Shown here piece by piece: positions 23,807-34,900 of a DNA stretch of 64,000 bases. How positions within the stretch are numbered: the stretch's first letter is position 1; each line of letters starts with the position of its first letter. Position numbers and translations under genes: made by a program. Below the pieces are notes generated by a model. The model searched no databases, was not told the origin of the DNA, and worked only from the letters and a program-made list of their open reading frames with translations. This DNA is from Pocillopora damicornis (lineage: Eukaryota), in assembly GCF_003704095.1 (NCBI RefSeq), contig NW_020843834.1, positions 992,001 to 1,056,000 of the forward strand, written 5' to 3'.

Positions 23807-26800
23807 CTTATTCATTTGACGACTACAAAAGACTAGTGCCACTCTACTCCCGGTAAAAACTCGTAGTCGAAGTCGTGCCCGTATCAAATCTAAAGCTCTC
23901 CAGTATCTGGGAGGCGAGGGTTCGGATTTCATCAAAGCCGCAATAGTTTTCGGTCCTCTTTCCTACAGGTGCTTAAATTGCAGCTTACCAGCCAGGATCA
24001 TTTCTTTACTTGATTTTCATCCACAGATCAAATGAACTTTATTTCATCAAACATTATTACGATACGATGAACCTTGTGAATTTGGAGGCAATCTTCGCAG
24101 TAATGAACACTACTTAAGCTGTAGTGAAAATAAGGTCTGAAATAATGATAATAATAAAAAAGCAGGCCCGTGCAGGCCTGGCCCCGGTTGTTCAAACGGT
24201 GGATAACGCTATCCACTGGATAAATCGTTATCAGATGGATAGCGCAGTACGTCTTGTTAATGGTTGCGTTATTCGCCCTTTGAACAACTAGGCTCTGAAT
24301 TTTTGCGAATTACTGCGAAGATCGCTTCCAAATTCACTTCTTAAACCGTAGCTCCTATATATCATTTTCATAAATTTACAGTCATTTGATATACCTTGTC
24401 TTCCACCGGTTCTCCGTAACTCTGTAGTAAATGCTGGTATTGTGATGTCATTGCATTGACACGTGACTTCAGGTCGGGAAGACAATTTCTAATATGGTGC
24501 ATCAGAAGCTACAATGGAAATATAATTTCAGGTTTTGTTCATGAATACGCTCGTTTTGGAGAGCCTTGAATCTCTGACAAAATATTCAAAAACAAGTAAT
24601 TTTGTTTTCGATCTCGCGCCCTCTTGATACCTTATTAAGTGTCCGCGCGAGGAATGGGGTCCCATTTCTGGATGCTAAAGCTGGATAGTTCTTTTGAAAG
24701 AATGACGCTTCATCTTTGAGGGCAGCATTGATAGTCTGCGGAGAGAAATAACACAAATTGAAAATCAAACAACCTGACACAAAAATTAAAAATATAGTAA
24801 CCTTAAATTCAAGTCATGCGAAGTGAAAAAAGGGAAAAAACTACTCATGCCACTACGCTTCAATTGCAATTATTTGGAACCTCAAGCAAACCACGACAAG
24901 GGAAGGACGCCGGAAAACTGAATCGCTTAGCACGTACGTTTTAAAGCTTTGCACGTTTCTTAGCGTGGTCTGAGGAATTCCCGACGGCAAGTTATTTAGT
25001 TTCCATTTAGCAATCAACGCTGCTCACATACGTTATGCTGAAGTTGAGATGTGGCGCCATAAGAGACGGTAAACACATTCAGCCATTCGCGAAATTCTAA
25101 CTACAAAAATATAAATTCATTTTTTAATTGAAGTTTTCTTTGGCGTTGCCGTCGCGACTGCTTAAGGTACCTACAAATAGCGGTGTGTTAATCCAGCTTC
25201 GTAATATTTGTATCCCCTTTCAAAACTATTGAGTTTTCCTTAATACAGCGAAACCTGTGTCAGGTGGATACCCCACCCAGCCAGCCAACTATTACACAAG
25301 GAAGAAAATCATTATAAGCCCCTCTAATACCTTTCTGTTGTTTATATCTAACTGACTTCGATTCATGATACCAATTATCCCGAGCTTGACTGGAATAACT
25401 GGAAAAAAAAAGAGAAAGAAAGAGAGAAAAGGGAAAAGTAATTAATATATTATTAATATTAATTAATATTTATTATAAATATTAATAAATATTAATTAAT
25501 ATTTATTATTAATATTAATTATTAATATTAATTAATATTAAATTGATAAAATCTAAAAACTTTCAAACTTTACGAAAAAAGGGACTTGGATGAAAATTTT
25601 AATATCTGATGATAAATGTAATCTTTTCCTTTACCTCTTCCAAACAAAATATCTAAAGCATCAGTTCCATGATCCATTAGGTCCAGCTTGGTACAAACCG
25701 CAAGTGTCCTGTTTCCTTGACAGAAATAAGGTGAAAATTTAACTATTCAGTTGATATTTTCATTTTAAATATGCATTTTGGCCTATACATATAAAACATT
25801 ACAGCATGGAATGGACATAAATGGGGTTGTTGAGAGGAAAAATGAGATGGAGTTCCAGCCTCTTCCCCACCCTCAACGTTCTACACTTTGGGTCTTAAGG
25901 CAAACAATAAAAACCAAAAAACCATAAGAACCAAAAAATAAGAACAGTAGAAACAAAACTCAAGACAAAACATCAGAGTCAATGAAATCGTACACCAATG
26001 CACACACTAAACATCCACCAATTCAAACAAACTTTCATTAGTAGCAAAATGCAACATAACAAGACTCATGATGTCAATCAGCCAATGTATTGTAAAATGG
26101 CCAATATAATTGGTCAGTGGTCTTACCATCTGGGTCAGCCTCTCGGGCAATCTTAATGGCTTCTGATGTAGCAAGGTCAATGTTTGCAGGTGTGACAGCA
26201 AGAATAATGCTGTTTGGATTACTGATGTATTGCAGGATAAGATGACGAATTTGGTGCTCAATATCTAGGGGCTGATCCCCAACAGGCACCTGTAGGAAAA
26301 ATATTGAAAGTGAAGTCACCTCTATTTCCATAAGTGAAGCATAATTAAGTCAGCTTTTGAGTTAGATGGCTCATCCTGTTGCACCTTATCTTGCAATAAG
26401 CAGCATGAAGTAACATAGGGTTCTGGTACTCCCACCTGGATGGAATGCTACTACATTGCAGGTTTACCTATCCACCTTCACCCCCTTTTACCTCACCCAA
26501 GCTGTCAGATTTCTCTGACAGTTAGACAGTAGCCATTTACATTCCTGGGTGCAGAGAGGCACTGTGAGTGTAAAGTGTCTCGCCCATGGGACACACTGTC
26601 CTAACAAGGACTTGAATAGCATGTGAGCAAACCCTCACCATTAGCATTCCTTTGCCGTCTGGAAGATTCAAGGAATTGAGAAGAGATTTGTCCAGGATCT
26701 GGTACTAATCATGTTAGACCCCTTCCAGACCCTGCCTTGCAAGCTTATGTAGCTCAAGGACTAATACTTCCCAACAGGCAAAAAAATAAAGAAATAAAGG

Positions 26801-29800
26801 GGGTAAATATCTAAAGAAACTGTAGTGCTGCATCAGTGGGAGAGTATAACAGGGTAATTTAGTATTATCAACTGAGTAGATAACACAAATTGACCTCTGT
26901 AAAGAGTTTCAAAGCTGATGTTTTGAGTGTTAGCCCTTTGTCAGAGTGAATTGGAAAAAATAAAAGATCACGCTGAAGGGTTAATTGCTGTTACCTTTGG
27001 CTTTTTGCACTGAATTTACAATAGTTAGAATTGTTCATCTCTCGTAATTGTAATTGATAAATTTTGTTTATTATTAGAGACCTTGGAAAAAGTAGTAGCA
27101 TGGAAACAACCTCATAGATATATTTGACCCTAAAATCTAATAAGCACTAACTTTTGTCACTCCAGGAAGATCTACCAATGTTAAATTTAGAACTTTTGGT
27201 GAATAAATCTTCAGTCTGATTGGCTCACTTGAAATTCCCTATAAAATGAACCAAATCTCATTGTTCTCACAAGGCATAACATTATATATTTTATCACAAT
27301 AAATAATACAACAGACAAATGTTTGAGAACCAGTACGAATGGGAATTATAGTTTACAAATATCTCTAAAGACTCCTAAAGATATTCACCCAAGTGAGATT
27401 TCGATTGCAGTAGCAATTCTACTCCTACTAAGGCCTTACAAGGGCCACAAAGTATGTGTACAGTGAATAGAGATATGTCCAGAAATGCATGCATTTAAGA
27501 AAATGGTGAAAAATCATCAAATCTGCCAAGCTGATTGCACTTTGAGGAATTTGACTAAAATCCATCAAAATCAACAAATCCACCAAGCTGATTTCACTTT
27601 GACAATTTTGGCTACAATTCACTAAAATTTTCAAATCCATTCAAATATTCATTCAGTTTGACCAAATTTCATGAAATCTGCCATTTTTGTTAAAACTGTA
27701 TGCATTTTTGGACATAAAAGTGGAGATAAGTGAGTCAGTAGAAAAAGAAAAATGGTAAAGCTTGATCTTAGTTGTCAAAGAAAAATAGAGGTCACTCATT
27801 TGGTAACAAATGTGGATCAAGGAAAAAAATCTTAGTTAGTTCCTCATAGATGACAATGTAATTTTCTTTGTACTCAGTTCTCTTAACAAAACAAATAATA
27901 TCTTTCTCCAGGTATGCTAGTGCAGTAAGTTGCCATTTGTAACCATCAGAGAATAGCGACTGCTGATTGGAAGTATAAGGTCAGTAAAGGCTCCAGAGGG
28001 CTAGGTAGACTTTGTAGCTCTGAAAATTGTGATCATTTCATTTGAAGATTTTTGCTCTCATTAATTGTTGTAAAGCCATGAAAATTATAATCTACACAAC
28101 ATGTGTATGTAGAAGCTACAACAGGATGCAAAACAACATTCAAACCTTGTTATTTCCAGTCACTCTTTCAGTTTCCCTTTCTATTTCATCACAAATTTCA
28201 CTGAAGTCACTTATAACCTAAAGAGATGAAACAATAGGCAATTTTAAGTAAATTTACACCTTTGACATGAAAGAAGCATGAAACCGTGGTTTGGGTCAGA
28301 CCTTGTGTACATAACTTGCCCTTCATGTCTGGTAACTGCACTGACATTATTCTTAAACTTTTCAGTCCAAACAGAATATCAAACCTACTCTTTCTTTCAG
28401 GTGAAGGAACTTCCCCCATTCCTCTGGATCTTCATTGTCCTTTTCTGTTTCTTCACCTTCATCATCTGAAAAATCTGTCATGCATCAAATTGAAAGAACA
28501 TTATTTAACTAAGGAAATAGATTTGATAGAAAATCAACATAAAAAAAGAGCTTTTAACACTTTAATTTTTTAAGTGCATTGGTGTTGTTCCTTAGAAAAA
28601 TGGATTATAATACCTCAGCAAAGAGACAATTGCAAAAGGGAACTTAGCTTATGCCAAGCTCATGGTCAGAGGAGATGAGCGAAAAAGAGAGGAGGCAAAG
28701 TTAAGGGAGGTCTGAGAGGTCCCACCTTGCTTTCCTCTGTCTTCCTCTCTCTTTTACTTTTCCCCACAAATTGAGAGGTCAAGAAAAACATACTGGACTA
28801 ACATTTCCCTTGAACCCTTGAAAGTGTCCGAGACAAGTATTCTTGTCTGGTGATCTTAACATTACTGAATTGACAAGTCTTCTTTTAGGACGAGGAAAAT
28901 TGATAATGATGGAAAAAAAACTACATGTTTCCATCAACGCTGACAGAAAACTTGTCAAGCAAAATGTTTCAAGGAGATTTTTTTAGTAATTAATAACCAT
29001 ACTTACATGCTTCCCCGTCCTCGTCGTCATCTTCACCAACTTTTGGTTTCTCTTCTTTGGCTGACTTCTTGGAAGCTGTGGTCTTATTCTTTGGTGGAGT
29101 GTGAACTAACTGAAGAATCAATGGTCTACGAGTGACGACACCAGATCCTTAAATGGTATGAATACAAAAAATTATGGTCAGAGAACAGGTTAAATGGATA
29201 AATGTGCAGTGAGGTGAAGCTTAAGACAATGCTAGCCAGCAATCCCCTCCCCCCTCCAATGAGGGATAGTCTCATGGATTTTTATGGTAGTAAATAAATT
29301 TGTACAACTCTTATCAAAGTCAAACCCTTTTTTTTTTTGCTTAACTCTAACATGCAGTCATTGTTTCAGCATTCTGCTTCCTTGGTTCCCTTCTCTCTGA
29401 GTAAATGTTGGAATATTCCTATTGGTTTACTCATGAATGCATTGTTGCTGTCACTAGTGGTTGCTTTTCACAAGGGTATCATGGCAATAGTCCAATATAG
29501 TATCAGCTCCCACTGTGCTTCAGTCAACTTCCCACGCTTATCTATTAGTGCTGAGTTAACCCTTTAACTCCCAAGATCTGATTGGTAATTCTCCCCTCTA
29601 GCTGCTACACATTTCTTTGTAAATAAGTTATGATAATTTGGTGTTTGATCAAGATAAAAACTTCTTCCTGATAAATTTGAGTTTTCTCAATACCTGTTTG
29701 CAGGATAATGTATGGAGATTATAAGGAGAAGTTCCATATTAATCACTTCTGGGAGTTAAAGGGTTACCCTAGCAAACAAATTTCTACTAAATTTGGTGTC

Positions 29801-30925
29801 AGATTGATATTCCAGGTTTTCTTTATTGTTTATATTACCATGCTCATAAAAACAACTTTCACTTACAGACCAATAAACAAAATTATATTACCTCTAGGTA
29901 AGAAATCTCTTCCTACCAGGTTTTCAAGGACAGAACTTTTGCCACTGCTCTGTAATTTAAGGATCATAATGGTAAACACACAGTGTTATTTAATTAAAAC
30001 TTTCTCTAACATCAAAGATACACTCTTAAAAGTGTTCCACACACAAAGTATTAAAATACAACTTTTTTTTAAAGCAGCACTTAACACATGTAGTGGAGGT
30101 TGCCCTTAGTGAATCCTTTTATTATTGCGCTGATTCAGTAAGATACTCCCACCCTAAAAAAGTTATTTAAAAGTGTATCTCTTTTAGATATTGACGTCTT
30201 AATTGCAACGATTCTTGCACAGTATTGATTTTTAAGCTTACTATGTTATTCAGAACATGCAGTAATCACGACGAATTTTGGTTCACTACATGCTTGCTTG
30301 CTTGTCTGGGCTTAGAAGACAAGATCGGGCAAATATAAGCTCTGCATACAATGCCGTTCATAGTTGATACAAATAAACAGTCAAATACGTACAAGACTGT
30401 CTCTATGAAGAGATTGTTTTGAACAAGTTACCGAAATAATTTTCTAACACTTGTATCACATATCAAACTTGTTCCAAAATTAAATGGACATGTGTCTAAA
30501 CTCGTGAAATTTAATTTGAAATGTAGCGACAAAAAAAAGAAGACCTTCACTAAAATTATCTTCACGTAATATCAATCATATTGATGAAATAAAAACATCT
30601 TTGCTTTCGATTTGCCGCCAGGTTTCGCAATCTCGGCACACAATTTAACAACGGAACTTATTCACGAGTTAAATCAAAAAGCGAAAATGAACAGAAAAAA
30701 CCATTAAGTATATGTACGATTTTGAGAAAATATTATCAACTGCAGAGATTTTTCTCGAACAAGTGATCAAAAATTGAATTCTGCGATCTCACGTACAAAT
30801 CTCTCTACTAGAATTGTACAAACCTGGGCACCAACTACCACAATCTGAGGAAGTTGAATAGCTTCTGATCCCACAGTATTAAACACATCTTGAAGTTTGT
30901 TAATAACTGGAATAAGCTGATCCAT
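20620..30925 (-). CDS. DNM1L: Dynamin-1-like protein (Drp1), mitochondrial/peroxisomal fission GTPase; middle and variable-domain exons missing in the gap at 22440-22539
   Basis: Exons 30925-30824, 29949-29892 (G1 GAQSSGKSS), 29147-29007, 28465-28389, 28217-28146, 27238-27152 (DLPG), 26289-26127, 25715-25635 (TKLD), 25398-25331, 24735-24631, 24508-24395, 23041-22950, 22808-22688, 22607-gap. GED exons 22033-21982, 21584-21503, 20969-20892, 20676-20620 end [18 protein letters not shown], the Drp1-type C-terminus. Confidence 0.95.
21172..21470. repeat. Degenerate ~11-bp minisatellite (aaagtgcgNNN) in a DNM1L intron
   Basis: Repeated aaagtgcg/aaactgcg/aaagtacgg units over ~300 bp. Confidence 0.8.
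23150..24025 (+). mobile_element. tRNA-derived SINE split by a MITE (23218-23900), which itself hosts the hammerhead element
   Basis: SINE head (cgtagctcagtcggt, ~23185) and B-box part (gggttcggatttc, ~23918) are separated by an element with inverted ends gagcttttgatctgactacgag / gtatcaaatctaaagctc. Confidence 0.6.
23564..23810. mobile_element. Hammerhead-bearing element as a near-perfect ~190-nt inverted repeat plus tail
   Basis: Arms 23564-~23655 and ~23665-23753 are reverse complements. The minus-strand hammerhead motif at 23625-23658 has one mismatch in stem II. Confidence 0.8.
24180..24293. mobile_element. PIF/Harbinger-like MITE inserted in a SINE fragment
   Basis: TIRs ggccccggttgttcaaa / tttgaacaactaggc, with internal ggataa/tatcc motifs. 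Confidence 0.65.
24876..25172. mobile_element. MITE (same family as 61165-61550)
   Basis: Ends ggaacctcaagcaaaccacgac / gccgtcgcgactgcttaaggtacc. Shares internal gaagttgagatgtggcgcca and agccattcgcgaa with the copy at 61165-61550. Confidence 0.65.
25438..25542. repeat. Pure A/T low-complexity palindromic tract
   Basis: ~100 nt of attaatattaatt-type units with no G or C. Confidence 0.85.
26800..26947 (-). mobile_element. CpG-decayed copy of the hammerhead-bearing element
   Basis: gctgatgttttgagtgttagccctttgtcagag is the consensus gctgacgtttcgagcgttagcccttcgtcagag with every CpG changed to TpG. Confidence 0.8.
27474..27717. mobile_element. TA-flanked MITE with internal short tandem repeats
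   Basis: TIRs tatgtccagaaatgcatgca / tgtatgcatttttggacata. Confidence 0.65.
29556..29767. mobile_element. piggyBac-type MITE (TTAA-CCCTT...AAGGG-TTAA); representative of an abundant family
   Basis: ttaaccctttaactcccaagatc...ctgggagttaaagggttac. Related copies at ~3350-3558, 4450-4655, 32624-32834, 35828-36229, 36540-36703, 38642-38852, 41672-41878, 42063-42265, 43234-43753, 56997-57317, 58059-58170 and 59864-60081. Confidence 0.8.
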
Positions 30926-31939
30926 CTCCTTGTGGAGAAATACCGATAATATTGCGACCTGTGACTGCCGGTTCAAAAGTTTTCAACTGTTTTCCTAATT
31001 TTAGACGTCGCCTTTTGTGATCTGAGCATCTATTTTTACAGAAAACCGCTGTCTAGTAAACATTCTCCAGGCACAACTTCCGGTTCAGTGACATTCGTCT
31101 CACTTGACCGTCACAACGAATGAAGCAGTTTAATTAAAGACCGCAGTGGCTTATAACGTCTGTATCAAACCTATGAATATAAATAAACGAAGAGACGAAC
31201 GGACAGACGATTGAATGGTAAAAAATAGGGCGTGTAGGGGATGGTGATTGCCTCTCGATTTGTTTGTTTTTTTTTTTTATTTTACACTATCAGGAGCCCA
31301 TTACTTGACACTATTTAAAAATATCTTACCAACAAAGGTACGAAAGGAGAAGGCGCACTCCTAAAAAAGGCTTTTATCACCTGTGCTCCAAATTTACTTG
31401 GGCAAAAAGATGGTGGGAAGGNNNNNNNNNNTTTTATTTGTGTATCAATATTTTGAGGAATTTCGAAGATCAACAGATCGAGCACGTTGCGTACTCTACA
31501 AGGTAAAGGAGCCGCTGAAGTCATTTTTAAAAACCATCATCTTTGTTTGTTGTCATTCAAACCTTTCTTTAGCAAAATAATCTTTTTCTTTACAAAATAG
31601 ACTTATATGCCTCCCAACTGCCTTATATGCCTTTCACAACTATGAAAACGACACGTAATGATATTTAACATTTATATCTTAAAAACTGTCCTACATCTGA
31701 TATATAAGAATATTTGAATGCTGGAGTTGTGCTTTAATCTTCAATCTTCAATCCATAGGTACGACATCGTTAAAAAACCTCTATAAAATAATCAATAAAT
31801 AAATTATCTTCGATAGGTTTCACAGAGCATTTTAAAAGGTAGTCAATTTCAAAAAGTATTTCTACTTGAAAGTCACGCTAGATATTTCAGTTTCTCATTT
31901 CGTTTCAGGCCTTAATTCTAAAATCATTCATCTTCATAT

Positions 31940-34900
31940 TCATTTCCCAAAGTAGTAGTTTGTTGGCAAAAAAGGCATCTTTACAACTTGAGCGTCAATT
32001 CTCTTCTTGTACACTTCTAAATGTAATGCTGTCCCTGGTTTGGATAACGCTGTTGGTACGTAAGCCATTGCAATGTTCTGCTTCAGGCACGGTGATGGAC
32101 AACCGCTTGTCACGTGACCTAAAAAGTAATAATTTAAAAAAAAGGAATATTCAAGTGCAACACAAAGAATTTGGTTTTGATTGGTTGATGATAAAAATAA
32201 AAATAAAAACGGGAACAACAACAATTTCATCAAAGCAAGCAAAAAAACCTATAACAACGTGATCAAGCCTAGGATTCTAACATGTGTGCCACTTTTTAAT
32301 AATAATAATAATGGTAGCTCAAAAATATGAAGGGAGATCTGATTTCCTCGACTACATCATCACCTATAACTTTTATGGCGGAAGGATGCTTTTAAGAGAG
32401 GAAAGCTCTAGAGAATACAGTGTGGTTAATGGAATAGATCTTGATCGGTTCGGTGATTTTTATCGAGGATACAGCGAGTTAAGGGCCTGAAAGGAACTGA
32501 CATTGTTTACAATTTGCATCTTTTTCGTTTCTCTCCCCTCCCTCCCCCCCCCCTCCATCCCTTTCCTCCTACTTCTTCCTGAAATTCAAAAACCTGATCT
32601 TGACGCGATCTATTTAAATCTCCTTAACCTCTTGGCCCTTAAGAGTGACCAACATCTAATTTCTCCTTTCAGTAATGCTACTGAATCATTCATTAAGATC
32701 ATGAGAATAAAGAAAATGATCGCTTACCCAAGAACCTTTGATTATTACACGAATTCTCCTTTTCAATACCAAACGACAAGTATAGATAGGTGTGTGGAGA
32801 ATATAGATACTGATGTCAGGGTGTAAAGGGTTAAGATTTACCCAACCGGACTACCAAAATCGATAAAACGTTTTTACGCGAAAGAAAAGATGTAATATCG
32901 TGTGTTTATAAACTGGATTCAAAATGGACGCAGTTTTTTTAAATGTCACCTACCTACTTTGTTACCATCAGCATCTAAAATATTTGCCCCCGCTGAAAAA
33001 AAACAAACAAAAAAATTACCATCTGGTATGGCTGTTACGCTCGTAACAAGACGAATAACAGTTTTTCCTTACTTCAAGACAGAGCTAAAAATTTACCATC
33101 TTTGTTATTCTACTTAAGCTTTCCAACATTGCTGATTCCAGAAGGATGCAAGAGAAGAAAGGACCCGAGTCACCAAAGAATTCTCTACACTCTGGGTCAT
33201 TGCATCAAAGCGCAGAATCCGAAAGTATGAAAGCCTGAGGTTCGATTCTTCATGGGGACTCAGATCTCCTCCTTTATTTCACGCTCGTGACAAGACAAAA
33301 CGACATATTTCTTTCGTACTTCCCAGTATTTAGAAATTACATCCAAAATTTCGTATCATTCAGAAAGAAGAGACGCAAAATTTTCTAACTAAAATTTACC
33401 TCTCGCAGGAGGGCCTTTCGACACAAGCCCTACTCTCTTCCTGTTGGCCTTCTCTTTAATCTGTCTGAGGATTATTTCCGCTCCTGGAAAGTCTGCTTGA
33501 GCACGTCGTCTTTTCCCTTGAAAAATTTAAAAGTATGATATTCACATATAACCTTTTTCACACCATCAAGGAATACACATCTTAATGCTGTCAGATATTA
33601 TATTTAGCGTGTGCCCGTAGCCCGTGTGGCTACAACTTTATCAACAGTATATATGAGCGCTTTCCGATTGGGTAATTGGGATTTACCTATTTGGCGAGGA
33701 TCAATCATAGAGTAAAAGTCGCCACTTTTTATAATGTGAACGCACTGGTTACGTATGAAATTATGCGCAACAAGGATAAAAAACGACACAATTACCCGGC
33801 CAGATCTTGTGCTCAGACCTCTTTTTTAAATGAAACCAACTCACCAATTGTCCACACAAGAACAGCTTCAACAGGCGTGGTGTTTTCATCAATATCGTTT
33901 CCATAGAGACAAAGCCCAGCTTCTAGTCTCAGACTGTCCCTCGGCCCCAGGCCTGCTGGCTTAACATCTGCCTCTTTGCTTTCTAATAATGCTTTCGTCA
34001 AATCAACAGCTCTCTCCTTGTCCACTGACAGCTGCGCATAGCGAAAAAAATTATTCAAAATTAATAACTGTATTATTCTATTTGTGATGACTACAGCTTT
34101 GTCCGTTTTATGCAGGATAGATCGAAGATACGCAAAAAAGTAACCTGTTTCAGGCACTCCGTCATCGGTGTGAGGGAGCAGGTAGGCGATAAACGGAAGA
34201 CGAGATTGTTAGGAACGGGTTTATAATTGAGACAAGAGTCGCGTTACCTCAAACCCATCCTCTCCCGTGTAACCACAACGCGTAACTCGTACATCTTTGA
34301 TCCCAAACGCTTCCACTACGCCACCGTGCATGAAAAACATGTTACTTAGATCACTTTGCACACCACTTTGAAGAACTTTGGCAGCTTGAGGTCCTGAAAT
34401 ATATGTACATCCACACTTGATTAATATATAGAATATTTACATCGACTCTCGTAATTTGATGACAACTACTTTTTGACCATCTCAAACTGAAATATGAGAC
34501 CCCATTCATGCTATTGCGATTTCGTCAGAAAACGCTTATTTATTCTGCATTTTTTGCCTGTAATTTATTGTTAACCGCTCACAACTGTTGATAAAAAAGG
34601 AATCTTTTTAATAGAAAAAGATTTCAAAAGAGGAGTGTTTTGAAAACGTATCGCTCTTAAAACGCTCCGTTTCTTGTGTGGAAAAGTGAAAATGTACACT
34701 CTTGGAGACGATGACGAAAAATGCTTTACGTACTGTCACTTCCATCTGCGTTTTCGGGTATTCTAGTATGGACGATAGACGAAAACGCATAAACACCTAT
34801 GTGATTTTGGATCAATGTGAGTATTTGACCAACTGCGCACCTACCCCTTCCATAAGCCAACAACAGTCAACCGATAACAAATAAGGGTTAACGTGCGTAG

